This document shows positions 25,041 to 34,823 of a DNA stretch of 63,484 nucleotides, one piece after another. The position numbers were made by a program, and so were the translations under genes. The stretch is from positions 1 through 63,484 of the forward strand of contig CAZNBB010000005.1 in assembly GCA_964571225.1 (NCBI GenBank). The letters run 5' to 3'. Position 1 is the first letter of the stretch, and every line of letters begins with the position of its first letter. This DNA comes from an uncultured Gammaproteobacteria bacterium (GTDB lineage: Bacteria; Pseudomonadota; Gammaproteobacteria; DATFLG01). The notes beneath the pieces were generated by a model, which worked only from the letters and a program-made list of their open reading frames with translations, did no database searches and was not told the DNA's origin.

Positions 25041-27533
25041 ATGAGAAAACTCTTTCGCGCACTTCGCTATACGGCGGTCGCCGTAGTTGCCATGGCGGCC
25101 GTCGGCATGGTCGCGTTCGCTGTCGCCTACCTGTATATCGAACCCCAGCTGCCGAATATTGAGCGCCTGAAAGACGTGCAGCTGCAGGTGCCGCTGCGCG
25201 TCTATACCAGCGACGGGCTGCTGATGGCCGAATACGGCGAGAAACGCCGCATCCCGGTGGACTACGAAGACGTTCCGCCCCTGCAGATCAAGGCGTTCCT
25301 GGCCGCGGAGGACGCCAACTTCTTCCACCACCCCGGGGTCAGCGTGAAGGGGCTGGTGCGGGCGGCCATCGAGCTCATCCGCACCGGCCAGAAGCGCCAG
25401 GGCGGCAGCACCATCACCATGCAGGTGGCCCGCAACTTCTTCCTGAGTCGCAAGAAGACCTACCTGCGCAAGCTTCGGGAAATCTTTCTCGCTCTGAAGA
25501 TCAATCGCGAGCTCACCAAACAGCAGGTGCTGGAGCTGTACCTCAACAAGATCTATCTGGGGCACAGGGCCTACGGGATCGGGGCCGCCGCCCAGGTGTA
25601 CTACGGCAAGCCTCTGAACCAGCTCACCGTGGGCGAGATGGCGATGATCGCGGGTCTGCCCAAGGCGCCGTCGCGTTACAACCCCATCACCGATCCCAGC
25701 CGTGCCCGCGAGCGGCGCAACTACGTGCTGGGGCGCATGCACGACCTGGGCTTCATCGACGACGCCACCTACAAGAAGGCGCTGGCGGAAGACGATTCCG
25801 CAACGCTACATGCGCCGGCCATACAGGTGCACGCCCCCTACGTGGCCGAGATGGTCCGTGCGGACATGGTTCAGCGTTACGGAGACGCGGCGTACACGGA
25901 CGGCTACAAGGTCTATACGACCATCGAGGCTTCGCGGCAGAAGGATGCCACCAACGCCCTGCGCAACGCCCTGGTGCAGTACGACTGGCGTCACGGGTAT
26001 CGCGGTCCGGAGCGCCAGGTGGACCTCGCCAACTATCCGAATAGCGATGCTCAGGAGCAGCTGCTGGAGGAGATTCCCACCGTCGGGGGGCTGCAGCCGG
26101 CGCTCGTCCTTCAGGTGGCCGAGCGTTCCGCCAAGCTGCGCCTGGCCGACGGCAGCGAAGCGACGCTCGGCTGGGACGGTATCTCCTGGGCGCGTCGCTA
26201 CATCGACGTAAACCGACGCGGCCCGGCGCCCACGAAGGCGGCGGATGTGTTGAAGGCCGGCGACATCGTGCGTCTGAAAAAGCTGGATGACGGCCACTGG
26301 AAGCTCGCTGAGGTCCCCACCGTGGAGGGTGCGCTGGTATCCCTGCGCCCCGACGACGGTTCCATCGTTGCGTTGGTGGGCGGTTTCGACTACTACCGCA
26401 GCAAATTCAATCGCGCCACCCAGGCGGAGCGCCAGCCGGGTTCCAGCTTCAAACCGTTCATCTATTCGGCGGCCTTGCACAAGGGCTACACGGCGGCCAC
26501 TCTCATCAACGATGCGCCGGTGGTGTTCCAGGATTCGGCGGGTCTTGAAGGCACTTGGCGTCCCGAGAATTACAGCGGTCTGTTCTTCGGACCCACGCGC
26601 CTGCGCGTCGGCCTGGTCGATTCGCGCAACCTGGTTGCGGTGCGCCTTTTGCAGCGTATCGGCGTGGACTATGCGACTCAGTACGCGCAGCGTTTCGGCT
26701 TCGATCCCAAACAGCTTCCCCACAACCTGTCGCTGGCACTGGGCAGCACCAGCGTCACCCCGCTTCAGATGGCCACCGGGTATTCGGTGTTCGCCAACGG
26801 CGGCTACAAGGTCGAGCCGTACCTCATCAAGTCCATCGTGGACGAAAGCGGCAATGTGGTTTTCCGGGCCGATCCCGCCGTGGTGTGTGCCGAGTGTGAG
26901 GCGGCGGAAGGACAACCACGGTCGTCCGGCGGCGGCGCCCCAAGTGCCGCCGTGGCAGCCGGCACAACCGCGCAGACGTCGGCCGACACCGCTCAGCCCC
27001 AGGTATTGGTCGGACCTCCCAGGCCGCCCCTGCACCTGGCCAAGCGGGTCATATCGGCCCAGAACGCCTACATCATGACATCGATGATGGAAGACGTGAT
27101 CCGTCACGGCACGGGCCGTCATGCCCTGGCGCTGCACCGCACCGACCTGGCGGGCAAGACCGGCACCACCAACGACCAGCAGGATGCCTGGTTCTGCGGA
27201 TTCGACCGGGCGCTGGTGGCCGCGGCGTGGGTCGGCTTCGACCAGGTTCAGCCGCTGGGTTCCCACGAAACCGGGGCGATTGCGGCGCTGCCCGCATGGA
27301 TGGGCTACATGGGTGCGGCCCTCAAGGGCCTGCCGGCGCAACGCATGGAGGAACCGCCGGGGCTGGTGACCGTGCGCATCGATCCGGCCACCGGGCTGCT
27401 GGCCCGGCCCGGCCAGGGCGACGCCATATTCGAGACCTTCCGGGTCGCCGATGTGCCGAAAAAGACGGCACCGTCCACGTCGGCGGGCGAGGTGGGAGGA
27501 TCCGGTCCGGCCGTACCGGGACATTTGTTCTAG
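25041..27533 (+). CDS. mrcA: Penicillin-binding protein 1A (bifunctional glycosyltransferase/transpeptidase)
   Basis: 830 aa. GT51 motifs AAEDANFFHHPG and RKxxE, plus transpeptidase SSFKP. It is divergent from pilM, as in Pseudomonas ponA. Confidence 0.93.
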   Translation: MRKLFRALRYTAVAVVAMAAVGMVAFAVAYLYIEPQLPNIERLKDVQLQVPLRVYTSDGLLMAEYGEKRRIPVDYEDVPPLQIKAFLAAEDANFFHHPGVSVKGLVRAAIELIRTGQKRQGGSTITMQVARNFFLSRKKTYLRKLREIFLALKINRELTKQQVLELYLNKIYLGHRAYGIGAAAQVYYGKPLNQLTVGEMAMIAGLPKAPSRYNPITDPSRARERRNYVLGRMHDLGFIDDATYKKALAEDDSATLHAPAIQVHAPYVAEMVRADMVQRYGDAAYTDGYKVYTTIEASRQKDATNALRNALVQYDWRHGYRGPERQVDLANYPNSDAQEQLLEEIPTVGGLQPALVLQVAERSAKLRLADGSEATLGWDGISWARRYIDVNRRGPAPTKAADVLKAGDIVRLKKLDDGHWKLAEVPTVEGALVSLRPDDGSIVALVGGFDYYRSKFNRATQAERQPGSSFKPFIYSAALHKGYTAATLINDAPVVFQDSAGLEGTWRPENYSGLFFGPTRLRVGLVDSRNLVAVRLLQRIGVDYATQYAQRFGFDPKQLPHNLSLALGSTSVTPLQMATGYSVFANGGYKVEPYLIKSIVDESGNVVFRADPAVVCAECEAAEGQPRSSGGGAPSAAVAAGTTAQTSADTAQPQVLVGPPRPPLHLAKRVISAQNAYIMTSMMEDVIRHGTGRHALALHRTDLAGKTGTTNDQQDAWFCGFDRALVAAAWVGFDQVQPLGSHETGAIAALPAWMGYMGAALKGLPAQRMEEPPGLVTVRIDPATGLLARPGQGDAIFETFRVADVPKKTAPSTSAGEVGGSGPAVPGHLF

Positions 27534-27631
27534 GCGGCTGTTCGTTTCCGCTGTCGCCCCGTGCCCGTCGGGCCACGACACGACGGTTCGGATCGGTCGC
27601 CGTTAATGGTGCAATCCAGGGGGCAGCGCCT

Positions 27632-28243
27632 ATGGGTGCCAGACAAACCAGCCGGGACCTGCAGATGCGCCAGCGAATCGCCCAGGAGGCGGCGCGGGTG
27701 ATGGTGGAGGAGGGGGTGCGCGACTACTACGCGGCCAAGCGCAAGGCGGCTGCCCATCTTGGCGCGCGCGAGACCCAGAACATGCCGCGCAACGTGGAGA
27801 TCGAGGAGGCCCTGCAGCAGTATCAGCGGCTGTTCCAGTCCGACTCCCAGCCCGAATATCTGCGTTCCCTGCGGTTGGCCGCTCGGGAGGCCATGCAGTT
27901 TCTGTCGCGCTTCGAGCCGCGCCTGGTGGGCGCCGTACTCAGCGGCTCGGCCGGACAGTACTCCGACGTCGACCTGCATCTGTTCGCAGACACGCCGGAA
28001 GAGGTGGCCCTGTTTCTCATGCAATCGGACATTCCGTTCGAGAACGCCGAGCGGCGTTTGAAGGTCGGGCGCAACGAATACCGCCATTTCCCCGGTTTTC
28101 GTCTGGTGGCGGGCGAGCATGTGCTGGAACTGACGGTCTTCCCGTTGGACGGGTTGCGCGAAGCACCGCGCAGCAGCCTGGACGGCAAGCCAATGCGCAG
28201 AGCGACTCTGACTGCGCTGGACGCGCTGTTGGACGAAGGCTGA
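27632..28243 (+). CDS. Conserved hypothetical protein (possible nucleotidyltransferase-like fold)
   Basis: 203 aa from ATG 27632. The GSAGQYSDVDLHLF segment resembles a Pol-beta NTase GS...DxD motif, but the spacing is shorter than canonical. The listed 338-aa ORF overlaps the ponA 3' end and is an extension. Confidence 0.55.
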   Translation: MGARQTSRDLQMRQRIAQEAARVMVEEGVRDYYAAKRKAAAHLGARETQNMPRNVEIEEALQQYQRLFQSDSQPEYLRSLRLAAREAMQFLSRFEPRLVGAVLSGSAGQYSDVDLHLFADTPEEVALFLMQSDIPFENAERRLKVGRNEYRHFPGFRLVAGEHVLELTVFPLDGLREAPRSSLDGKPMRRATLTALDALLDEG

Positions 28244-28246
28244 ACG

Positions 28247-29563
28247 TCAGTCGGTTTCGGACGGCCCGGTTCGGCGCTCGATCGGCGCGTAGTCGCGCCG
28301 CCCGCTGCCTTCGTACAGTTGGCGCGGTCTGCCGATGCGCGTGGAAGGTTCGCCCATCATTTCCATCCAGTGCGACACCCAGCCCACGGTGCGTGCGATG
28401 GCGAACATGACCGTGAACATGTTGCTGGGAATGCCCAGTGCGCGGTAGATGATTCCCGAGTAGAAATCCACATTGGGATACAGCTTGCGCTCGATGAAGT
28501 ACTCGTCCTGCAGGGCGATTTCTTCCAGCCGGATTGCCAGCTCAAACAGCGGATCGTCGCTGTTGCCGAGCTTTTCCAGGACTTCGTGACAGACCTGTCT
28601 GATGATGCGTGCGCGTGGATCGTAGTTCTTGTAGATGCGGTGCCCGAAGCCCATCAGCCGGAAGGGGTCCTTCTTGTCCTTGGCGCGGGCGATGTACTGG
28701 GGGACGTTCTTCACTTCGCCGATTTCCTCCAGCATGGTGAGCACCGCTTCGTTGGCGCCCCCGTGGGCCGGGCCCCACAGCGACGCGATGCCTGCGGCGA
28801 TGCAGGCGAACGGGTCGGCGCCCGAACTGCCGGCCTGACGGACGGTGGCCGTGCTGGCATTCTGTTCGTGATCGGCGTGCAGGATGAACAATATGTTCAT
28901 GGCGCGTTCGGCCACCGGATCGACCCGGTACGGCTCGCAGGGAACCCCGAACATCATCTGCAGAAGGTTGCCGCAGTAGCTCAGATCGTTGCGCGGATAG
29001 ATGAACGGCTCGCCCACGGACTGCTTGTAGCAGGCGGCGGCGATGGTCGGCATCTTGGCTATCAGACGATGGGCGCTGATTTCCCGATGGCGAGGGTCGT
29101 TGACGTCCGTGGAGTCGTGGTAGAAGGCCGACAGCGAACCGACGACGCCCACCATTACGGCCATCGGATGGGCGTCGTAATAGAAGCCGCTGTAGAAGCG
29201 CCGCAGGTTCTCGTTGAACATGGTGTGATGCAGGATGAGGTGCCGGAACTCGTCGAGTTGCGGTCCGGCGGGCAGCTCCCCGTACAGCAACAGATAGGCC
29301 ACCTCGAGAAACTCGCTGTGTTCGGCGAGTTGCTCAACCGGGTAGCCGCGGTACAGCAGCACCCCCTTTTCCCCGTCGATGTAGGTGATGCGGCTCGAGC
29401 AACTGGCCGTCGACAGAAAGCCCGGGTCGAAGGTGGTGTAGCCGAGCTCGCGGTACAGCCCGCTGACGTCGACGGCGCGGTTGCCGAACGTCCCTTCCAA
29501 CACCGGTAATTCGATCTGCTTCCCGCTGAGCGGATCGCTGAGCATTACCTTTCGCTCGCTCAT
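28247..29563 (-). CDS. gltA: Citrate synthase (type II)
   Basis: 438 aa: ...[23 protein letters not shown]...[15 protein letters not shown]... Confidence 0.95.
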   Translation of the reverse strand: MSERKVMLSDPLSGKQIELPVLEGTFGNRAVDVSGLYRELGYTTFDPGFLSTASCSSRITYIDGEKGVLLYRGYPVEQLAEHSEFLEVAYLLLYGELPAGPQLDEFRHLILHHTMFNENLRRFYSGFYYDAHPMAVMVGVVGSLSAFYHDSTDVNDPRHREISAHRLIAKMPTIAAACYKQSVGEPFIYPRNDLSYCGNLLQMMFGVPCEPYRVDPVAERAMNILFILHADHEQNASTATVRQAGSSGADPFACIAAGIASLWGPAHGGANEAVLTMLEEIGEVKNVPQYIARAKDKKDPFRLMGFGHRIYKNYDPRARIIRQVCHEVLEKLGNSDDPLFELAIRLEEIALQDEYFIERKLYPNVDFYSGIIYRALGIPSNMFTVMFAIARTVGWVSHWMEMMGEPSTRIGRPRQLYEGSGRRDYAPIERRTGPSETD

Positions 29564-29620
29564 GGCATTCCTCCCCCGCCGCTGGCGGTCGGTTTCGGCC
29601 TTGCGCTCGACGTCCGGGCT

Positions 29621-30865
29621 TCAGTCAGGGTAGTGCTCAGGGTAGCCATGCCGGGCCATGCCGGTCTCCACAGCGGCTCGGGCCACTGCCGGAGGCACCC
29701 GTTCGATCAGGCGCGGGTCCAAAGGCGTCGGCAGGATATAGTCCGGTCCGAACTCGAGCTCGGTGAGCCCGTAGGCGGCGAGCACTTCCGCAGGCACGGG
29801 CTCGCGGGCCAGCGCCCTCAGCGCATGAACGGCCGCCAGGTACATGGCTTCGTTGATGCCGCGGGCCCGTACGTCCAGGGCGCCCCGGAATATGAAGGGA
29901 AACCCCAGCACATTGTTGACCTGGTTGGGGTAGTCGCTGCGCCCGGTTGCCATGATCAGGTCATCGCGCACGGACAGGGCCAGCTCGGGGTCGATTTCCG
30001 GGTCGGGATTGGAGAGGGCGAATACCACCGGCTTGGGCGCCATGGAGGCGAGCATGTCGGCGCTCAGCAGGTCGGGGCCGGATACGCCGATGAAGACGTC
30101 GGCGTCGCGCATGGCGTCGGCCAGGCTGCGCCTGTCGGTGGCGGTCGCGCAGTCGGCCTTGTAGGGATTCAGGTCGGTGCGTTCGGTATGCAGCACGCCC
30201 TTGCGGTCCACCATGAGGATGTTTTCGCGCTTCGCACCCAGGGCGGCGAGCAGGTGCATGGACGCGATACCTGCCGCACCTGCCCCGAGACAGACGATGC
30301 TGGCGTCCTCGATCCGTTTGCCCTGCAATTCCAGGGCGTTGAGCAGTCCGGCGGCGATGATGATGGCGGTTCCGTGCTGGTCGTCATGGAACACCGGAAT
30401 GTCCAGGCGCTCCTTGAGGGCCTGTTCCACGGCGAAGCAGTGGGGCGCGGCGATGTCTTCCAGGTTGATGCCCCCGAAGCCGGACGCGATGCTGGCCACC
30501 GTGTCCACGAAGGCCTCCGGGCTTGCCGCATCCACTTCGATGTCGAACACATCAACGCCGGCGAAGCGCTTGAACAGTACCGCCTTGCCTTCCATGACCG
30601 GCTTGCCCGCCAGGGCGCCCACGTTACCCAGCCCCAGTACGGCGCTGCCGTCGGTGATCACGGCGACCAGATTGCCTTTGGCCGTGTAACGGTATGCCGC
30701 TTCGGGGTCGGCATGAACGGCGCGCACCGGTTCGGCGACCCCCGGCGTGTAGGCCAGGGACAGGTCGCGCTGGGTCTCGCAGGGCTTGGTGACCTGGATG
30801 CTCAGCTTCCCGGGGACGGGATGCTCGTGGTACTCCAGGGCGGCTTGCTTGAAGTCGTGGGACAT
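29621..30865 (-). CDS. NAD(P)-dependent malic enzyme (short form, no PTA domain)
   Basis: MSHDFKQAALEYHEHPVPGKLSIQVTKPCETQRDLSLAYTPGVAEP...; 414 aa. Confidence 0.9.
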   Translation of the reverse strand: MSHDFKQAALEYHEHPVPGKLSIQVTKPCETQRDLSLAYTPGVAEPVRAVHADPEAAYRYTAKGNLVAVITDGSAVLGLGNVGALAGKPVMEGKAVLFKRFAGVDVFDIEVDAASPEAFVDTVASIASGFGGINLEDIAAPHCFAVEQALKERLDIPVFHDDQHGTAIIIAAGLLNALELQGKRIEDASIVCLGAGAAGIASMHLLAALGAKRENILMVDRKGVLHTERTDLNPYKADCATATDRRSLADAMRDADVFIGVSGPDLLSADMLASMAPKPVVFALSNPDPEIDPELALSVRDDLIMATGRSDYPNQVNNVLGFPFIFRGALDVRARGINEAMYLAAVHALRALAREPVPAEVLAAYGLTELEFGPDYILPTPLDPRLIERVPPAVARAAVETGMARHGYPEHYPD

Positions 30866-30996
30866 TGCTCGTGTCAGCTTCCCCGGGAAGCGCCTCCATG
30901 ATGCAGTTGAACGGAATGTTGCAGTTCGCGGAACCCGATGGCTCGGCCCCTGGCGACATCGCCCGAGGACGCGATGGTGCCCCCGTCGATACCGGA

Positions 30997-31018
30997 GCGC
31001 ATCGCCATGGCGATGCGC
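30997..31018. repeat. Perfect 22-bp palindrome GCGCATCGCCATGGCGATGCGC
   Basis: Read directly. It lies between the thermonuclease stop (31084) and the malic enzyme start (30865). Confidence 0.9.
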
Positions 31019-31083
31019 CCGCGCAAATGCCGCGACGGTCCGGAACGGCTGGTTTCACGTCCGGCCCGTTGCATTCAAGTGTA

Positions 31084-31938
31084 CTACCGGTGCGCGCCGG
31101 CAGGCAGGCTCCGACTGTCCACTACATGCAAGGCCGTGGGGTAGCGCACCTGCATACGCAGCTCGCGGCGGCGTTCGTAGACCAGTCCCTGCACTTCTAT
31201 CGTCTGTCCCTGCAGCGATTCCAGCGGCGGGTTGGTGAAATAGGGCAGGTCCCGGCGGTCGATGCGCACGCCGAAGCGGCCCTGCAGGTCCAGCCACAGG
31301 GCGCGGGCGCTGTGGCCGATATGTACCACCCGTCCGCGGACCACGCGGAAACCGCGCGTGGTTCTCGGCAACGTCGCGCTGTCTTTGGGCTGGTAGGTCG
31401 CCAGGCTCCAGATGCCCCGGTGGGCCTGACGGGCGATGCGTTCCTGCGCGGCATAGCAGCGGGCATTCCACACATTCGGCGGAATCACCAGCGTGGTGGC
31501 CAGCCCCGCGCGAAGCAAGCTGGCGGTCACGCTGCTGCCATCCTCCAGAAAGGCGTGGGCCAGCATTCGCCCGTAGTGGTCCCGGCGCTGCTGGCCGAAG
31601 CGCAGATTCAGGCGCTCGTGGTGGGTGAACAGCAGCTGACGCAGGCGATCCCGGGCGGCCACGGCGTAGGGCTCGTTGGCGGTCCCGTCGCGGCCCATCT
31701 CCGGCGTGTCGAGACCGACCAGCCGCAGGTGCTGTCCGTTGGCGAGAAACACGGTGTCACCGTCGTACACGTAGGTGACCCGCACCTGTTCGTCGATGTG
31801 ATCCGGAGGGCAGAGGGCGGCGGCGGATGCCGACGCGGCACAAAGCGCCGTGACGGCGGCGAGCAGGGCTCGCCGCCAGAACGAAAAAAGGGCGTCCCGC
31901 TGGCGGAACGCCCCTTCCTGACGCCGATGATGGGTCAC
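31084..31938 (-). CDS. Thermonuclease (SNase-like) family protein, secreted
   Basis: Signal-like N-terminus, then ...VTYVYDGDTVFLANGQHLRLVGLDTPEMG... SNase motif. Confidence 0.8.
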   Translation of the reverse strand: MTHHRRQEGAFRQRDALFSFWRRALLAAVTALCAASASAAALCPPDHIDEQVRVTYVYDGDTVFLANGQHLRLVGLDTPEMGRDGTANEPYAVAARDRLRQLLFTHHERLNLRFGQQRRDHYGRMLAHAFLEDGSSVTASLLRAGLATTLVIPPNVWNARCYAAQERIARQAHRGIWSLATYQPKDSATLPRTTRGFRVVRGRVVHIGHSARALWLDLQGRFGVRIDRRDLPYFTNPPLESLQGQTIEVQGLVYERRRELRMQVRYPTALHVVDSRSLPAGAHR

Positions 31939-31946
31939 ACTCGGCG

Positions 31947-32153
31947 CTATTTGTTCAGACCGTATTTGCGACGGAACTTGTCGACGCGGCCGCCGGTGTC
32001 CAGGATCTTCTGCTTACCCGTATAGAACGGGTGGCATGCGGCGCACACTTCAACCTGCAGATCATGGCCTGCCGTGGAGCGGGTCTCGAACGAATTGCCG
32101 CAGCTGCAGGTGACCGTGACCTGCGTGTATTCGGGATGAATTTCCGGCTTCAT
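31947..32153 (-). CDS. rpmE: 50S ribosomal protein L31
   Basis: [27 protein letters not shown]...[10 protein letters not shown]; 68 aa; start at ATG 32153. Confidence 0.95.
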   Translation of the reverse strand: MKPEIHPEYTQVTVTCSCGNSFETRSTAGHDLQVEVCAACHPFYTGKQKILDTGGRVDKFRRKYGLNK

Positions 32154-32250
32154 GGTTGTTACCTCGGGGCGCTGCATCCAGCGCATAGCCTCGGGACGTT
32201 TTGCAGGCGTCCCCAATCCAAGAAGCGGAATGATACGGGATGATGCCGGG

Positions 32251-32607
32251 TTACGACAAGTCCCTGCGGCGGTTCGGATCGAGCCGGAGGATGTCGGCCT
32301 TGGGCCGGGGCGCGACTGGCTTGGCATGGCCCAGGGCCTCGAAAGCGTCCAGCAGCCCGCCTTCCTTGAGGACCGAATCCCACATCATGTTGCTCATCCG
32401 CAGGCAGGCCGCCATGGGTGTGCCGGAGAGCTGCCGTACCTGATCCAGCTTCCATTGCAGGCCCCGCAGGCGCTGCTGCTTTGGACGGGGAGCGCGGCGG
32501 ATCGCCGCGTCGATGACCTGGGCTCGCTGCGCTTCGAAGGCTTCCGGGTCGGACGCCGCCAGTGCTGCCCAGTGTTCGAAATCTATGTGGCCGCCATTGT
32601 CGTTCAT
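32251..32607 (-). CDS. DUF3135 family protein
   Basis: [36 protein letters not shown]...[10 protein letters not shown]...; SD GGAGGTA lies before ATG 32607. Confidence 0.7.
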   Translation of the reverse strand: MNDNGGHIDFEHWAALAASDPEAFEAQRAQVIDAAIRRAPRPKQQRLRGLQWKLDQVRQLSGTPMAACLRMSNMMWDSVLKEGGLLDAFEALGHAKPVAPRPKADILRLDPNRRRDLS

Positions 32608-32716
32608 GGCTACCTCCGATGCTGATACCGTGGTGCTCCACGGTCTGTTATTGTTGTTCACTTCCTGAATAACCATAGCACAGGCGATGAACGGTGTCGC
32701 CGCGCGCGGGCGGCGG

Positions 32717-32751
32717 TTATCCACAGAAGCTGTGGATAACTTTGTGGATTA
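32717..32751. promoter_or_regulatory. Cluster of three DnaA boxes (one forward, two reverse)
   Basis: TTATCCACA 32717-32725 (perfect consensus), TGTGGATAA 32731-32739 (perfect, reverse), and TGTGGATTA 32743-32751 (8/9, reverse). Confidence 0.7.
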
Positions 32752-32998
32752 ACTCGGGACGAGGGGTTGCCGGCCATGTGCCCGTTCCGGCCACGCTCTT
32801 GTGTTCAGTCTCCGGTTTTGTGTGGAAGTTGATGGGAAACATGTGGTTATCGCCCGGTGTTCCATTTTGGTGTCACTCTGCCCCTGGTCCTGACCGCTCT
32901 CGGACGCTGTAGATGGAAATGTGCATAAGAAATCCCCTGTTGAGTAATATGTTTCTGTCTGATCGGCATTTTTTCAGCCGTTGTCGGAGCGCTTGAAG

Positions 32999-34312
32999 AT
33001 GGCCGGCAGTGAGCCCAAGGTGGGCTTCGTGAGCCTGGGGTGCCCCAAGGCACTGGTGGATTCGGAGCGCATCCTCACCCGTCTGCGGGCCGAGGGCTAC
33101 GGTGTGGTGGGAAGCTACCGGCAAGCGGACCTGGTGGTGGTGAACACCTGTGGGTTCATCGACAGCGCGGTGGAAGAATCACTGGAAGCCATCGGCGAGG
33201 CCATGGCGGAGAACGGCCGGGTGGTGGTTACCGGCTGCCTGGGGGCGCGGGCGGACAGCATTCGGGAACGCTACGCGGACGTGCTGGCCATCACCGGTCC
33301 CCATGCCTACGAACAGGTGATGGAGGCCGTCCATCGGCACCTGCCGCCACCGGACGATCCTTTCACCGCCCTGGTTCCGCCCCAGGGTATCAAGCTCACC
33401 CCGCGCCACTACGCCTACCTGAAGATCTCCGAGGGCTGCAATCACCGCTGCACCTTCTGCATCATTCCCGCCCTGCGGGGTGACCTGGTGAGCCGGCCGG
33501 TGGGGGATGTCATGGAGGAGGCCGAGCGGTTGGTGGACGCCGGCGTGCGCGAACTGCTGGTGGTGTCCCAGGACACCAGCGCCTACGGGGTCGACACCCG
33601 CTATCGCACCGGATTCTGGCGGGGCAGGCCCCTGAAGACTCGCTTCGCGGCGTTGGCGGCCGCCTTGGGCGAGCTGGGGGTCTGGGTGCGGCTCCATTAC
33701 GTGTATCCCTATCCCCACGTAGACGACGTCATTCCCCTGATGGTGGAGGGACGGGTCCTGCCGTACCTGGACATTCCCCTACAGCATGCCAGCCGGCGCA
33801 TACTCAAAGCGATGAAGCGTCCCGCGGCTTCCGAGGATACCTTGCGGCGCATCGAGTCCTGGCGCGCCCAATGTCCCGAGCTGACCCTGCGGAGCACGTT
33901 CATCGTGGGCTTCCCGGGGGAAACCGAAGCGGATTTCGAGCAGCTGCTGGAGTTTCTGCACCACGCGCAGCTGGACCGGGTGGGGTGTTTCACCTACTCG
34001 CCGGTGGCCGGGGCGGCAGCCAATGAACTCGGCGATCCGGTGCCGGAAGAGGTCAAGCAGGAGCGCTTGGAGCGGTTCATGGAGGTGCAGGCCGGGATCA
34101 GTGCGAACCGCCTGCGCCGGCGTGTCGGGCAGACCATGACGGTACTGGTCGATGATGTGGATGAAGAGGGTGCCATCGCCCGCAGCGCCGCCGATGCGCC
34201 GGAGATCGACGGCTGCGTGTACGTTAGCGATGACCGCCTCAGGGTGGGCGAATTCGCGCAGGTGCGGATCACCGATGCGGACGAGCACGATCTTTTTGGG
34301 GAGGCGGTGTGA
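32999..34312 (+). CDS. rimO: Ribosomal protein S12 methylthiotransferase
   Basis: [17 protein letters not shown]..., radical [11 protein letters not shown], and a TRAM C-terminus. ATG 32999 has a GGAG SD; the listed ORF begins at TTG 32981. Confidence 0.92.
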   Translation: MAGSEPKVGFVSLGCPKALVDSERILTRLRAEGYGVVGSYRQADLVVVNTCGFIDSAVEESLEAIGEAMAENGRVVVTGCLGARADSIRERYADVLAITGPHAYEQVMEAVHRHLPPPDDPFTALVPPQGIKLTPRHYAYLKISEGCNHRCTFCIIPALRGDLVSRPVGDVMEEAERLVDAGVRELLVVSQDTSAYGVDTRYRTGFWRGRPLKTRFAALAAALGELGVWVRLHYVYPYPHVDDVIPLMVEGRVLPYLDIPLQHASRRILKAMKRPAASEDTLRRIESWRAQCPELTLRSTFIVGFPGETEADFEQLLEFLHHAQLDRVGCFTYSPVAGAAANELGDPVPEEVKQERLERFMEVQAGISANRLRRRVGQTMTVLVDDVDEEGAIARSAADAPEIDGCVYVSDDRLRVGEFAQVRITDADEHDLFGEAV

Positions 34313-34396
34313 TTCACAGGGTTTGCGTGCCGACCTGCCTCAGTTGACGAGCGGCAACCAAATTCTGCACTGACGAAGGTTGCCGCCACAGGACCA

Positions 34397-34642
34397 CTAG
34401 TCGCCTTCCAGGGGCGTGGCCTCCACGATGTGGTCCAGGCGCAATTCCAGTCGCCGGCTGTCGGCTCCCATGGCGATCAGGTACTCGGCGCCCGATCGCG
34501 TCTGCAGATCCTTCGGTTGCAGAATTTCCAGGTGGGTGAACCCGTCCGGGTCGCGCCAGCATACCCGGAGTCGTTCCCGATGCATGATGGCAACTTCGTA
34601 GCGGCTGTAGAGGGCGCAGTCGATGGGATGGTAATCAGTCAT
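34397..34642 (-). CDS. rof: Rho-binding antiterminator Rof
   Basis: 81 aa. YHPIDCALYSRYEVA...EYLIAMGADSRRLELRLDHI is collinear with E. coli Rof/YaeO. Confidence 0.8.
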   Translation of the reverse strand: MTDYHPIDCALYSRYEVAIMHRERLRVCWRDPDGFTHLEILQPKDLQTRSGAEYLIAMGADSRRLELRLDHIVEATPLEGD

Positions 34643-34823
34643 CGTCCCGTCGCGTGCTGATGGTCAGCAGCGCGCCCGCGCCGTCCACTTCGGCGTGGAA
34701 TTCGATGGGTCGGCAGCAGATCGGGCAGTCCTCGATGTAATCGGAGCTTCCGGCCGAACAATCGACGGCGGTTTCGAAGCCTTCGCCGCAGTAGGGGCAG
34801 TCAACCTGTATCTCTTCGATCAT
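34635..34823 (-). CDS. CPXCG-motif cysteine-rich small protein (zinc ribbon)
   Basis: MIEEIQVDCPYCGEGFETAVDCSAGSSDYIEDCPICCRPIEF. It overlaps hemW by 23 nt and rof by 8 nt. Confidence 0.7.
   Translation of the reverse strand: MIEEIQVDCPYCGEGFETAVDCSAGSSDYIEDCPICCRPIEFHAEVDGAGALLTISTRRDDD

Noticed and set aside
27227-27631. N-terminal 135 aa of the 338-aa ORF overlapping the ponA 3' end
   Set aside because: It lies in a different frame from the clear PBP1A coding sequence and is Gly/Arg/Ala-rich. The credible gene starts at ATG 27632.
32717-32978. Possibility that the DnaA-box cluster is the chromosomal origin, oriC
   Set aside because: There are only three strong boxes and no recognisable 13-mer DUE repeats. 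There is a single GATC and no dnaA, dnaN, gidA or rpmH context. It is kept as a minor alternative inside the DARS-like finding.
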